From NCBI GenBank assembly GCA_963422395.1, contig OY729431.1, forward strand, positions 512,001-576,000: DNA of 64,000 bases, read 5' to 3'. The stretch comes from Vicinamibacteria bacterium (lineage in GTDB: Bacteria > Acidobacteriota > Vicinamibacteria > Marinacidobacterales > Marinacidobacteraceae). A program made the translations under genes and the position numbers. Every line of letters starts with the position of its first letter. The stretch's first letter is position 1. The notes below the pieces were generated by a model, which did no database searches, had not been told where the DNA came from, and saw nothing but the letters and a program-made list of their open reading frames with translations. Positions 19,373 through 31,533 of the stretch are shown here, piece by piece.

Positions 19373-20197
19373 ATGAACGACGAAGCGCTGCGGCGGCTCC
19401 TGGGTCAGGTCGCCGCCGGCGAGGTCGCTCCCGGCGATGCGGAGCGCCGGCTGCGCCTCCCCTTCGAGGCGATCGGCGAGGAGGGGGAAACGCCGTTTGC
19501 GCGGCTCGACCACTATCGCGAGTTCCGCCGTGGGTTCCCCGAAGTCGTCCTGGCTGAGGGAAAGACTGCACCGCAGGTCGCGGCGATCGTTCGGGCGCTC
19601 TCCCGGACGGCCGGGCAGACGCTCGTGACCCGCGCTTCCCCGGAAGTCGCCGAGGCGGTCGCCGGCGCGGTGGAAAGCGCCGAGTGGCGTCCCGAAGCCC
19701 GGGCGATCGTGGTGTCCCGCGTTGCTCCCGAGCCGCTTCACGCCCGGGTCGGGGTCGTTTCCGCCGGAACCTCGGACATTCCGGTCGCCGAGGAAGCGGC
19801 GCTCACCGCCGAGCTGATGGGCGCCGAAGTTCGGCGTATCTTCGATGTGGGAGTCGCCGGCCTCGGGCGGCTGCTGGCCGAGGCGCCGGGATTTTGGGAT
19901 CTGCACTCGTTGGTGGTGGTCGCCGGCATGGAGGCGGCGCTCGCCCCGGTGGCCGCCGGCCTCGCGCCCTGTCCGGTGATCGCGGTCCCGACCTCCACCG
20001 GCTACGGGGCGTCCTGGGGGGGCCTCACTGCGCTCCTGTCGCTGCTCAACAGCTGCGCCCCCGGCGTCACCGTGGTGAACATCGACAACGGTTTCGGCGG
20101 CGGTTACGCCGCCGCTCTCGCGGTCGCGCACTTCCGCCGGCTGGAGTCCCGACATTCCGGGAGCCCGACGATTCCCGATCGCCTCGAACGCCGGTGA
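19373..20197 (+). CDS. larB: Nickel-pincer cofactor biosynthesis protein LarB (AIR carboxylase-like)
   Basis: RRGFPEVVLAEGK, SAGTSDIPVAEEA, DVGVAG, VAGMEAAL, PTSTGYG, VVNIDNGFG. Confidence 0.9.
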   Translation: MNDEALRRLLGQVAAGEVAPGDAERRLRLPFEAIGEEGETPFARLDHYREFRRGFPEVVLAEGKTAPQVAAIVRALSRTAGQTLVTRASPEVAEAVAGAVESAEWRPEARAIVVSRVAPEPLHARVGVVSAGTSDIPVAEEAALTAELMGAEVRRIFDVGVAGLGRLLAEAPGFWDLHSLVVVAGMEAALAPVAAGLAPCPVIAVPTSTGYGASWGGLTALLSLLNSCAPGVTVVNIDNGFGGGYAAALAVAHFRRLESRHSGSPTIPDRLERR

Positions 20198-21557
20198 GGA
20201 GCGCGGCGGCGACGACGGGGAGGTATTCGGCGATCCGGATCCAGGGCGGCAGCGACCATTCGAGGCCCGCCGGAGTGTTCCAGAGTGCGTGGTAGCTGAG
20301 CGCCGCGGTCAGGGTCAGGGTGAGTCCGGCGGCCAGCAGGCTGCGGCGTTCGGGGTGGAGGATGAGGAAAGGCAGCGACCAGAGGAGGTACCAGGGATGG
20401 GCGACGGGAGTGAGGAGGAAGGCGCTCCCGGAGAGGACGGCGATGGCGAGAGCGGGCGGCGTTCCCCGGAGTGCCAGCGCGGCGCCGGCGGCGGCCAGGA
20501 TGCCGAGAGTGATCGGGCGGGCGGCCGCCCCGAACGCCGCTTCGGTCAGGAAGAAAAGGCTCTCGTTGAAGCGCCAGTGCCGGGCGTAGAGCGAGAGGCT
20601 GAAGAGGAATTCCCCGGCGCGGGCGGCGAAACCGTCCCGGAACCGTTCCGGGGTGAGAAACGGCAGCAGCGGCAGGGCGGCGGCAGCAGCCGACACCGCG
20701 AGCAGCAGCGCCTTCCGGCGGACTCCGGCGGCGGCCCGGACCAGGAAGGGCAGGAGGGCGAACCCGGCGAGCTTCGCCATCCCGGAAAGCGCGGCGAGGC
20801 CGGCTCCGGCGGCGAGTCTCCCCCGTTCGGCAGCGAGCACTGCGAGAGCGAGGAGCGCCACTCCGAGAACGTCGGCGTGTCCGCTCCCCGCGATCTCGGT
20901 GAGAGGCAGCGGATTCCAGGCATACCCGACGATCAGCAGGGGGTTCCGGTCCCGCCTCCTCAGCAGGCCGAGGAGTGCCGCGATCAGGATCGCTTCGACG
21001 GCCACGAACGCCCCTTTCAGCGCCAGCGGCTTCGGTGATGCTGCCCCGACCGCTGCCCGGAAGAGTTGGGCGAGTGCCGGATCGATGGCCGGCAGTTTCC
21101 AGAATCCCACCCGGGCGCGGAGCTCGGGAAAGGTCTCCCGCAGTTCGCCGAGCACCGGGTGGTCGGGAGGGTGGGCCCAGGGATCGTGACCGGCGAGGAC
21201 GACCTGCCCCTCCCAGACCGAGCGGTACAGGTCGTCCGAGAGGACCGGCGGAGTCGGCAGCAGGAAGATGCGCAGGAGCGCCGCAGCCCCGAGCACGATC
21301 GCGAGTTCCCGCCCGCCCGAGCGCGCGGACCCCCGGAGGACCGCCACGACGACGATCCCGAGCGGGACGAAGAGCGCCGCATGGAGCCCGAAGTGCCAGG
21401 CTAACCCGGCCCGGGTGGCGAGCGCCGCGCCCAGGCCGGCGGCGAGGACGACCTGAACCGCGCCGAGTCCGAGGAGATGCCGGCGGCTCAGAATTCCTGG
21501 AAACCCCGGACCGATCGTCGGAGGAGCCGCCGCACTCTCGGACGGATCAGCCGGCAT
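20067..21557 (-). CDS. GT-C fold membrane glycosyltransferase (GT87/DUF2029-like); start approximate
   Basis: LSDDLYRSVWEG, AWNPL..E..GSGHAD, WRFN, PVAHPWY; multi-TM. Confidence 0.8.
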   Translation of the reverse strand: MPADPSESAAAPPTIGPGFPGILSRRHLLGLGAVQVVLAAGLGAALATRAGLAWHFGLHAALFVPLGIVVVAVLRGSARSGGRELAIVLGAAALLRIFLLPTPPVLSDDLYRSVWEGQVVLAGHDPWAHPPDHPVLGELRETFPELRARVGFWKLPAIDPALAQLFRAAVGAASPKPLALKGAFVAVEAILIAALLGLLRRRDRNPLLIVGYAWNPLPLTEIAGSGHADVLGVALLALAVLAAERGRLAAGAGLAALSGMAKLAGFALLPFLVRAAAGVRRKALLLAVSAAAAALPLLPFLTPERFRDGFAARAGEFLFSLSLYARHWRFNESLFFLTEAAFGAAARPITLGILAAAGAALALRGTPPALAIAVLSGSAFLLTPVAHPWYLLWSLPFLILHPERRSLLAAGLTLTLTAALSYHALWNTPAGLEWSLPPWIRIAEYLPVVAAALLTGVRGDRESSGSRNVGTPAGGSARPRERRRNRRRNRCRCSPR

Positions 21558-21849
21558 CGCCAACGGGACCGACTTGGGACCGTCCGCATCTCCCACTCGG
21601 GAACTCCGCACGGGTGGCAACCGACCGCCGGGGGAGCCGAATCCTGGTTCTGGTGGGTCGTCGCCGGCATTCCAGGAGGATCGAGCGAATGCGGGGAGCT
21701 CCGCGCCGCCGTTGCCGCTGGTGACCGCCTCCGGGAGTGCCCACGCCCACGGATTGCGGATCGTAACTGTCGGCGGCGGGCCCCGGCGGGGGGGTGATCG
21801 GGCCCTCGCTCTCGCCGGACGCGGCCTGCGCAGACACAATTCCCTCAGG

Positions 21850-23412
21850 ATGCTCCTCGCCGACGCGGTCCTGACCGCGTACTTCACCGTTCTACTCCTC
21901 CTCGCGCTCTACGGATCGCATCGCTTCCGGCTGCTCTTCGGCCTGGCCCGCCACGGGGCGGCTGCGGCCGCGGCGGCGGAGCGGCTCCGCGCCCGGGGCG
22001 CCCCGCTGCTCGAACGGGATCCGCCGCCGGTGCTGGTGCAGCTCCCGGTCTTCAACGAGAGGTATGTGGTGGAGCGGCTGATCCGGGCGGTGGCAGCGCT
22101 CGACTACCCGAAGTCCCGGCTCGCGGTGCAGATTCTCGATGACTCCACCGACGACACCGGGGCCATCGCCGACCGGGTGGCGGCCGAATGCGCGGCTGCC
22201 GGCCTCGAGATCCGGCGGCTCCATCGGCAGGACCGCCGGGGCTTCAAAGCGGGGGCGCTCGCCGCCGGCCTCCAGGCTTCCGAGGCGCCGTTCGTCGCCA
22301 TCTTCGACGCCGATTTCGTCCCGAAACCCGATTTCCTCCGCGCTACCCTCCCCTGTCTGCTCGCCGACGAGCGGACGGGCTTGGTCCAGGCGCGCTGGGA
22401 GCATCTGAATCGGGACGATTCCATCCTGACCGGCGTCCAGGCGGTCCTGCTCGACGGGCACTTCATCGCCGAGCACGGTGCCCGCCACGCGATGGGCTGC
22501 TTTTTCAACTTCAACGGCACCGCCGGGGTCTGGCGCCGTTCGGCGATCCGCGATGCGGGCGGCTGGGCGGGGGACACCCTGACCGAGGACCTCGACCTGT
22601 CCTATCGGGCGCAACTCCGGGGCTGGCGTTTCGTTTTCCTGCCAGAAGTCGCGGCCCCTGCGGAACTGCCGGTTTCCATGGGTGCGTTCAAGGCGCAGCA
22701 GCGCCGCTGGGCCAAGGGCTCTTTCCAGACGGCGCGGAAATTGCTGCCTCAGGTGCTCGCTTCGCCGCTGCCGATCCGGGTCCGGGTCGAGGCGTTCTTC
22801 CACCTGAGTGCCAATCTGGCCTACCCGCTGATGTCCCTGCTCAGCCTGTTGATGGTTCCCGCGCTGTTCGTCCGGGTGGACACCGGCCTCCGGGAGATGG
22901 CGCTGCTCGACATCCCCATCTTCGTCGCGGCGACGATTTCGGTGGTTTCCTTCTACGCGGTGTCCGAGCACCGGGTGTTCCACCTCGCTCCCGAGGCGGG
23001 GCGGGGCCGGCTCCTCCGGCGGCTGCGCCATCTTCCGGTGAGTCTCGCGGTCGGCATCGGTCTTTCGTTCAGCAATGCTGCCGCGGTCCTCGGGGGAGTG
23101 ATGGGCCGCCGGACGCCGTTCGTCCGCACTCCGAAGTACGGGATCGTCCGATCGGACCGAGGGGAGAGCCGCCCCTGGATCCGGAAGTCCTATCGTGCCC
23201 ATGAGGGCGCGATCCTGTTCCTCGAGTTGACCGTCGGCGCGGTGATGGCGGCTGCCACCCTCTATGCGATCCTCGAGGGGGTGATCGCTTCGGCTCCGTT
23301 CCTGCTGCTCTTCGCCGTCGGATACCTCTATGTGGGAGGCCGTTCGCTCGCGGAGTCGCGGCGCCGGGCCGCACCCGGAAGTGCTGCGGTTCGAAGCGGG
23401 ATTTCCGGATGA
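21850..23412 (+). CDS. GT2 processive-type glycosyltransferase (cellulose-synthase-like)
   Basis: QLPVFNE, LDDSTD, GFKAGAL, FDADF, LTEDLD, QQRRWAKG. Confidence 0.92.
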   Translation: MLLADAVLTAYFTVLLLLALYGSHRFRLLFGLARHGAAAAAAAERLRARGAPLLERDPPPVLVQLPVFNERYVVERLIRAVAALDYPKSRLAVQILDDSTDDTGAIADRVAAECAAAGLEIRRLHRQDRRGFKAGALAAGLQASEAPFVAIFDADFVPKPDFLRATLPCLLADERTGLVQARWEHLNRDDSILTGVQAVLLDGHFIAEHGARHAMGCFFNFNGTAGVWRRSAIRDAGGWAGDTLTEDLDLSYRAQLRGWRFVFLPEVAAPAELPVSMGAFKAQQRRWAKGSFQTARKLLPQVLASPLPIRVRVEAFFHLSANLAYPLMSLLSLLMVPALFVRVDTGLREMALLDIPIFVAATISVVSFYAVSEHRVFHLAPEAGRGRLLRRLRHLPVSLAVGIGLSFSNAAAVLGGVMGRRTPFVRTPKYGIVRSDRGESRPWIRKSYRAHEGAILFLELTVGAVMAAATLYAILEGVIASAPFLLLFAVGYLYVGGRSLAESRRRAAPGSAAVRSGISG

Positions 23413-23978
23413 CCCGCCTCACGGAACGCGGCCTCTTCTTCGGCGCCGGACTTCTTTTCGGCGCGGCGCTCGGCTTTCTCGCAAGCCGCACCCCCGAGCC
23501 GTCGAGGGCCCCGCCCGGGGTCGGCGCCGCTGCCGAACCCGAGGCGCGCCCCCTGGATCCAGGCCGGATGGAGGCACTGCTCGCCGAAGTCGAGGCCCGC
23601 CCGGAAGACCCGGCGGCGCGCGCTCGAGTCGGCGATCTCCATCTCGAAGCGCGCGCATTCCGCGATGCGGTGTACTGGCTGCAACAGGCGAGGAATCTGG
23701 ATCCGGCCGACCCCGATATTCGAAGCCGGCTGGCTTTCGCGCTCTTCGGTCTCGGCGAGGTGTCCGGCGCTGCTCGAGAGTACGAAGCGGCGCTGGCCGC
23801 AGATTCCGAGCACTTTCCCAGCCTCCTCGGCCTCGGCCGCCTTCGCCTCTACGCGGAACAGGATCTCGCTGCCGGCCTCGCGTTGTGGGAGAGGGCGATC
23901 GCAGCCGCCCCGGATTCTCCGGGAGCCGCCGCTCTCCGGGCGGAGATCGAGGCGCTCCGCTCGGCCCACCCCGAGTAG
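23409..23978 (+). CDS. TPR-repeat protein with N-terminal membrane anchor
   Basis: Helical A/L patterns with LDP-type turns; ATGA overlap with GT2 gene. Confidence 0.75.
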   Translation: MTRLTERGLFFGAGLLFGAALGFLASRTPEPSRAPPGVGAAAEPEARPLDPGRMEALLAEVEARPEDPAARARVGDLHLEARAFRDAVYWLQQARNLDPADPDIRSRLAFALFGLGEVSGAAREYEAALAADSEHFPSLLGLGRLRLYAEQDLAAGLALWERAIAAAPDSPGAAALRAEIEALRSAHPE

Positions 23979-23996
23979 AAATATCTGTCGCTGGGA

Positions 23997-25904
<1,908 letters not shown>

Positions 25905-25912
25905 TCAGACGC

Positions 25913-26950
25913 ATGAACCCTCTCCCCCTTCCGGACTTCTTCGACTCCGAGCGCGTCGGCCAGCTGTACCGGGTCCCGTATCAGGACCGCGCCCGCACGG
26001 CGCGCCGCTGGGCCGGCGTCCATGGGCTGCGGCCCGCTGCCCACGACGCGCCGCGGGTGGGTCTGCTGCTCGTGGACTGTCAGAACACGTTCTGTCTGCC
26101 GGGCGGGGAACTCTTCGTCGCGGGGCGCTCGGGGCTCGGTGCGGTGAAGGATTCGTGGCGTCTCTGCCAGTTCCTCTATCGTCATCTCCAGCGGATCACC
26201 GAGATCGTGCTGACCCTCGACACCCACACGGCGATCCAGGTGTTCCATCCGCACTTCTTCCGGGATGCGAACGGAGAACCGCCGCCTCCCTATACGCAGA
26301 TCACCGCCGGCGATCTCGAAGCGGGCCGCTACCGGGTGAACCCCGATGCGGCAGCGGCGGCGGGCCTCGACGCCGACGGGCTCGCGCGCCACGCGCTCCA
26401 CTACTGCCGCCGTCTCGAGGCGAAAGGCAAGTATTCGCTGGTCATCTGGCCGTACCACGCCATGCTCGGGGGAGCCGGTCACGCGCTCGTTCCCGCGATC
26501 GAGGAAGCCGTCTTCTTCCATTCCATCGCCCGTTCCGCCCAACCGGTATTCGAACCGAAGGGGCGGAATCCGCTGACCGAGAACTATTCGGTGCTCCGTC
26601 CCGAAGTCCTGGAGGGCGCAGACGGCGCGCCGATCGCCGAGCCGAACCGCGAGCTGCTGGACCGGCTGCTCGGTTACGAGGCCCTCCTGGTCGCCGGGCA
26701 GGCGAAGAGCCACTGCGTCGCCTGGACGGTCTCGGACCTCCGGGACGAGATCGCGGCCCGGGACCCGCACGGCTCGCTCGGGCTCGCCCGGCGAGTGTTC
26801 CTGCTCGAAGACGCAACCTCTCCGGTGGTGGTTCCGGGCGCGGATTTCACCGATGCCGCGGACGCTGCATACGCCGATTTCGAGCGTGCCGGCATGGTTC
26901 GGGTGCGAAGCACCGACCCACTCGAGGATTGGCCCGGCTTCCCGATCTGA
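25913..26950 (+). CDS. pncA: Nicotinamidase / isochorismatase-family cysteine hydrolase (long form)
   Basis: LLVDCQNTFC, TLDTH, IWPYHAM, KG.NPLTENYS, GQAKSHCV; directly upstream of pncB. Confidence 0.8.
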   Translation: MNPLPLPDFFDSERVGQLYRVPYQDRARTARRWAGVHGLRPAAHDAPRVGLLLVDCQNTFCLPGGELFVAGRSGLGAVKDSWRLCQFLYRHLQRITEIVLTLDTHTAIQVFHPHFFRDANGEPPPPYTQITAGDLEAGRYRVNPDAAAAAGLDADGLARHALHYCRRLEAKGKYSLVIWPYHAMLGGAGHALVPAIEEAVFFHSIARSAQPVFEPKGRNPLTENYSVLRPEVLEGADGAPIAEPNRELLDRLLGYEALLVAGQAKSHCVAWTVSDLRDEIAARDPHGSLGLARRVFLLEDATSPVVVPGADFTDAADAAYADFERAGMVRVRSTDPLEDWPGFPI

Positions 26951-28179
26951 GCGCCGAACCACCGGTCGCGTCCCTCCTCGATGTGGACTTCTACAAGTTC
27001 ACGATGGGGCAGTTCGTCTTTCGACACCACCCCGGGGTCGTCGTCCGTTACCGGTTCACCTGCCGCACGCCGCGGGCGAATCTTCCCGGCCTCGTTCCAG
27101 CGGAATCCCTTCGGGACGCCCTCGATGCCGTCCGGTCGCTCTCCTTCACTCGGGCGGAACTCGATTACTTGAGCGGTCTGCCGCCGGATGGGCTCTTCGG
27201 GAGCGATTTCCTCGCCTTTCTCGCCCGTCTCCGGCTTCCCCCCGTCCATCTCGAAGTCCGGGGGGGCGCCTTCCGACTGGAATTCGAGGCTCCCTGGCCC
27301 GAGGGGATCCTCTGGGAGACGCTCATCCTTTCGACGGTCAGCGAATTGCTCGGCCGCGCCGCGCTCGCAAGAGGGGGTGCTGGCGCCGGTCGGTCGGCGC
27401 TCGAGACCGGCCGCGAGCGCCTCGCCCGGAAGGTCGCGGTGCTTCGGGAGCGGCCCGGAATCCGCTTCGCCTCCTTCGGCACCCGGCGTCGTTTTTCGCG
27501 CGCCTGGCAGTTCGAGGCAGAGAGTCGGTTGGCGCGCGCCGTCCCCGACCAGTTCGTCGGTACTTCCTGTGTGGCCTCGGCGTTCCGGCACGGGCTCGCT
27601 CCGGTGGGCACGATCGCCCACGAGATATTCATGGTCGGCGCGGTGCTCGGCGGAACCTCGGACGAGGGCATCCGGAATTCCGGCCGCCGGGTGTTGGACT
27701 CCTGGTGGGGGATGTATGGAGAGCCCTTCTCGATCTTCCTGACGGATACCTGGGGTTCTGCGTTCTTCTTCGCCGATACCGGGGCCGCTCGGGCACGCCG
27801 TTTTCGCGGCCTCCGCCACGATTCCGGGGATCCCGCCGCCTTCGGCGAGCGGGTGATCGGCTGGTACGAGGGATTCGGCGTCGATCCGCGCCGGAAGTCG
27901 CTGGTGTTCAGCGACGGGCTCGAACTGCCGGAGATCCTCGCGCTCGACCGGCGTTTTTCCGGCCGTATCGCGGTTCGCTTCGGGTGGGGAACGAACCTCA
28001 CGAACGACTGCGGTTTGCCGAACTACTCGCTGGTGGTGAAGCCGGTCCGGGCAGGCGGCATCCCGCTGGTCAAGCTCAGCGACGACGAGGGCAAGCGCAG
28101 CGGCGCCGGCGCCGAGATCGCCCGCTACCGCCGTATCTTCGGCGCGGGACCGGGCGATTTCCGCATCTCGAAATCCTGA
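26929..28179 (+). CDS. pncB: Nicotinate phosphoribosyltransferase; start approximate (TTG)
   Basis: SLLDVDFYKFTM, FGTRRRFS, GTIAHE, RHDSGDP, FSDGL, FGWGTNLTND, VKLSD. Confidence 0.95.
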   Translation: MARLPDLSAEPPVASLLDVDFYKFTMGQFVFRHHPGVVVRYRFTCRTPRANLPGLVPAESLRDALDAVRSLSFTRAELDYLSGLPPDGLFGSDFLAFLARLRLPPVHLEVRGGAFRLEFEAPWPEGILWETLILSTVSELLGRAALARGGAGAGRSALETGRERLARKVAVLRERPGIRFASFGTRRRFSRAWQFEAESRLARAVPDQFVGTSCVASAFRHGLAPVGTIAHEIFMVGAVLGGTSDEGIRNSGRRVLDSWWGMYGEPFSIFLTDTWGSAFFFADTGAARARRFRGLRHDSGDPAAFGERVIGWYEGFGVDPRRKSLVFSDGLELPEILALDRRFSGRIAVRFGWGTNLTNDCGLPNYSLVVKPVRAGGIPLVKLSDDEGKRSGAGAEIARYRRIFGAGPGDFRISKS

Positions 28180-28201
28180 TCCCGGTTCGACCGCCGAGCG
28201 G

Positions 28202-29131
28202 TCAACTGCGGGGGTGGGTGCGGGTGTACACCTCGAAGAGCTTCGCGGTCGAGACATGGGTGTACTTCTGGGTCGTCGCCAGGCTGGAATGGCCGAGCAG
28301 CTCCTGGATCGCCCGCAGATCGGCGCCGCCGTCGAGCAGGTGGGTGGCGAAGGCGTGGCGAAGGGTGTGCGGTGACACCGCGCCGGCGAGCCGGGGAAGC
28401 CCCGCTTCGCCGAGATAGCGCCGCACGATGGTGCGCACCGACCGGTCGGAGAGCCTGCCGCCCCTGGCGTTCAGGAAGAGCGCATCGGGCTCGCCCCGCT
28501 TTCCGAGCAACCCGGTCCGGACTCGCAGCCAGGACGAAAGCGCATCGGCGGCCATCTCCCCGAAGGGGACGATTCGCTCCTTGCCGCCCTTGCCGAATGC
28601 CCGCAGGATGCGCTGGCCCGGATCGATGTCCGGAAGGTCGAGGCCGACGAGTTCGGAAACCCGGACGCCGGTTCCGTAGAGAAGTTCCAGAATCGCAAGG
28701 TCTCGCTGGCCGAGTGGAGTTTCCGGGTCTGGGGCGTGGAGCAGCGCCTCCACTTCGTCCTGCTCCATCCGGGTCGGAATCCGTTCGGGAACCCGCGGCG
28801 TCCGGAGGGACCGGGACGGATCTCGGGATACCGTGCCGGACCGGGTGAGATAGCGGTAGAGCGAGCGCAGTGCGGCCAACTTGCGGGCCACCGTGGAGCG
28901 GGACAGACCTCGCCCGTGGAGAGAGGCGAGGAAGGCGCGGAGCCGGCCTCCGTCGAGTCCTGTGGTGGTGGAGCTCCGGGATTCCTCGTCTCTCGGGCTG
29001 GCGCCGGAGTCCCGAGCGGCGAGGAACGAAAGGAACTGCTCGAGATCGCTCCGGTAGCTTCGGACGGTGTTCGGGGAGGCCCCCTGGCGCTGGGCGAGAT
29101 CCGCCAGAAAGCTCTCGACCAGCGGCCGCAT
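28202..29131 (-). CDS. xerC: Tyrosine recombinase XerC
   Basis: LYGTGVRVSEL, GKGGKERIVP, PHTLRHAFATHLL, QELLGHSSLATTQKYTH; downstream of dprA-topA. Confidence 0.9.
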   Translation of the reverse strand: MRPLVESFLADLAQRQGASPNTVRSYRSDLEQFLSFLAARDSGASPRDEESRSSTTTGLDGGRLRAFLASLHGRGLSRSTVARKLAALRSLYRYLTRSGTVSRDPSRSLRTPRVPERIPTRMEQDEVEALLHAPDPETPLGQRDLAILELLYGTGVRVSELVGLDLPDIDPGQRILRAFGKGGKERIVPFGEMAADALSSWLRVRTGLLGKRGEPDALFLNARGGRLSDRSVRTIVRRYLGEAGLPRLAGAVSPHTLRHAFATHLLDGGADLRAIQELLGHSSLATTQKYTHVSTAKLFEVYTRTHPRS

Positions 29132-29166
29132 CGGGGAGGGCGGCCCGGTCTTGGAGCCCGCCGGGG

Positions 29167-31479
29167 TCAAGGCGCCGCGGCGGAGGCGGCTCGGCGCCTG
29201 GCCGGCGGTGACCCTTTCTTCCGGGAGGCTGCCTTCTTCTTCGTCTTCTTCGCTGCCTTCTTCTTCGTCTTGCCCGGTTCGGGCTCGATGTAGCGGCACC
29301 GGGGGAAGCCGCCGCAGCCGACGAACGGCCCCCGGCGGCCCTGTCGACGCACGAGCTGCCGATCGCACTCGGGGCACTTCCTGTCCACGGGTTCCGGCGC
29401 GGCGCGCCGCACCAGGCTTCCGTTCCGGACATTGAGGATCGTTTTGCAGTCGGGGTACCGGGTACAGCCGAGGAAGGAGCCGAAGCGGCCCCGTTTTTCC
29501 GCCAGCGGAGCCCCGCACTCGGGACAGGGGGGCGCTTCGTCCCCGCCGGACTCTTCGGCCCCTTCGTCGAGCGAACGGCTGCCCCGGCATTCGGGGAACC
29601 CCAGACAACCGAGGAACTTCTCGCCTCCCGACCAGCGAAGAACGAGACCGCGATCACACTCTTCGCAGGTTTCGGCGGTCGGCAGTCCTTTCACCCGCGG
29701 CATCTCGAGCACCGCGCGCTCGAGGTCGCTGGCGAACGGGCGGTAGAAGGTTTCCAGGGTGCCTTCGAAGTCCGCCGCTCCCTGTTCGATCCGGTCCAGA
29801 TTCTCCTCCATCGCCGCGGTGTAGCGGACATCGAAGAGTGCGTCGAAGCTGGTCGAAAGCAGATCGCTGACCAACATCCCCACCGGGGTGGGGACGAAGA
29901 CCCGCTTCTTCGTGCGGACATATTCCCGATCCTTGATCTTGCGCAGGATCGGCACATAGGTACTGGGCCGGCCGATGCCGTTCTGTTCCAGCTTGCGGAT
30001 CAGTCCCGCTTCGCTGTAGCGCTTCGGCGGCGCAGTGAAGTGCTGCACGGGAACGATCCGCTCCTTCTCGAGCGGCTGGCCGCGCTGAAGCGGGGGCAGG
30101 AGCGTCTTGGAGTCCGTTCCCTCGGAAGGAGTGCCGGGATCCTCGGCGGTCTCCCGATAGAGCACGCGGTACCCGGGTTTCGCCAGCACCGAACCGCTGG
30201 CGTTCAGCCGATCCGGCGCCCGCCCGAAGCCCGGGATATCCGGCACCTCTCCTCCGGGAGGCTCGGCCCGGATCGCTACCCGGGTGTCTTGCCAAACCGC
30301 CGGAGTCATCTGGGAGGCGACGAACCGCTCCCAGATCATCCGGTAGAGCTTCCGCTGATCCTCGTTCAGATGCGCCGCTATCTGCGCCGGGTTGCGGGCG
30401 ATCGAAGTGGGCCGAATAGCCTCGTGGGCATCCTGTGCCGCCTTCTGCTTGCGGAACCGATTGGGCTTCTCCGGAAGGAATTCGGGGCCGAACTGCTCCG
30501 AGATCAGAGCGCGCACTTCCTGGAGCGCCGCTTCCGAGACCCTGGTGGAGTCGGTGCGGAGGTAGGTGATGAGACCCACCCGGTCGCCCGAGCCGAGATC
30601 GACTCCCTCGTAGAGCACCTGGGCGGTCCGCATGGTGCGGGCGGCCGGAAAACGGAAGGCGGAAGCCGCCTGCCGCTGCATGGTGCTCGTGATGAAGGGA
30701 GGCGGCGCCTTCTCCCGGCGCTCCTTGGATTCCACCTCGAGAACCTCGAATCGGCATTCCTCGAGGTGGCGCGTGATGGCCTGGGCGGGCGCCTCCTCCC
30801 GGAGCGCCGGTTTTCGGGGGAGCGCCTTCGGCCGGTCGGCGGTCGCCCGAATTTTTTCGCCGTCTTCGGTCAGCAACCGGGCATCGATCGTCCAGTACTC
30901 CTCGACGGTAAAAGCGCGGACCTCACGCTCCTTGGCGCAGATCAGATGCAGCGCTACCGACTGCACCCTTCCTGCGGAAAGCCGCGGAGCGACCTTGCGC
31001 CACAAGATCGACGAGATCTTGTACCCCACGATCCGGTCCAGCACCCGGCGAGTCTGCTGAGCCTTCACCTTGTTCCCATCGATTTCTCCGGCGTTCTCGA
31101 TGGCGGCCCGTACCGCCGGTGGAGTGATCTCGTGGAAGACGATCCGTTCGATCGGAACTCGCCGGCTATCCCCGAGCGCACTCGAAAACTCTTCGGCGAG
31201 GTCGTGGCTGATCGCCTCGCCCTCGCGGTCCGGGTCGGTCGCCAGGTAGATTCGCGACGCCTTCCGGGCCGCGCGCTTCAGCGTTTCGAGGATCTTCGCC
31301 CGGTCGGGTACGACCTCGAACTGCGGACGGAACCCGTTCTCGATGTCCACCGAGAGGCCCCGATGCGGGAGGTCCCGCACATGGCCGCCCGACGCCATCA
31401 CCCGATAACTGCGCCCGAGGAATCGTTCGATGGTCTTCGCCTTGGCGGCGGATTCGACGACGATGAGAGCGGGATCCAT
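29167..31479 (-). CDS. topA: DNA topoisomerase I
   Basis: IVVESAAKAKTI, ATDPDREGEAI, SAGRVQS, ITYLRTDS, GIGRPSTY; C-terminal zinc ribbons and Lys-rich tail. Confidence 0.97.
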   Translation of the reverse strand: MDPALIVVESAAKAKTIERFLGRSYRVMASGGHVRDLPHRGLSVDIENGFRPQFEVVPDRAKILETLKRAARKASRIYLATDPDREGEAISHDLAEEFSSALGDSRRVPIERIVFHEITPPAVRAAIENAGEIDGNKVKAQQTRRVLDRIVGYKISSILWRKVAPRLSAGRVQSVALHLICAKEREVRAFTVEEYWTIDARLLTEDGEKIRATADRPKALPRKPALREEAPAQAITRHLEECRFEVLEVESKERREKAPPPFITSTMQRQAASAFRFPAARTMRTAQVLYEGVDLGSGDRVGLITYLRTDSTRVSEAALQEVRALISEQFGPEFLPEKPNRFRKQKAAQDAHEAIRPTSIARNPAQIAAHLNEDQRKLYRMIWERFVASQMTPAVWQDTRVAIRAEPPGGEVPDIPGFGRAPDRLNASGSVLAKPGYRVLYRETAEDPGTPSEGTDSKTLLPPLQRGQPLEKERIVPVQHFTAPPKRYSEAGLIRKLEQNGIGRPSTYVPILRKIKDREYVRTKKRVFVPTPVGMLVSDLLSTSFDALFDVRYTAAMEENLDRIEQGAADFEGTLETFYRPFASDLERAVLEMPRVKGLPTAETCEECDRGLVLRWSGGEKFLGCLGFPECRGSRSLDEGAEESGGDEAPPCPECGAPLAEKRGRFGSFLGCTRYPDCKTILNVRNGSLVRRAAPEPVDRKCPECDRQLVRRQGRRGPFVGCGGFPRCRYIEPEPGKTKKKAAKKTKKKAASRKKGSPPARRRAASAAAP

Positions 31480-31533
31480 GGAGGTTCGGGGTCCGGGAGG
31501 CGGCGGGGGCAGTGTAACGACGCCCATCGCGTT

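Noticed and set aside
21558-21849. Possible riboswitch in the divergent GT-C/GT2 intergenic region
   Set aside because: No recognisable conserved motif; the region may partly be GT-C coding sequence
28202-29131. Tyrosine recombinase as prophage or island integrase
   Set aside because: Lies in the canonical dprA-topA-xerC arrangement with no att site, tRNA or phage genes
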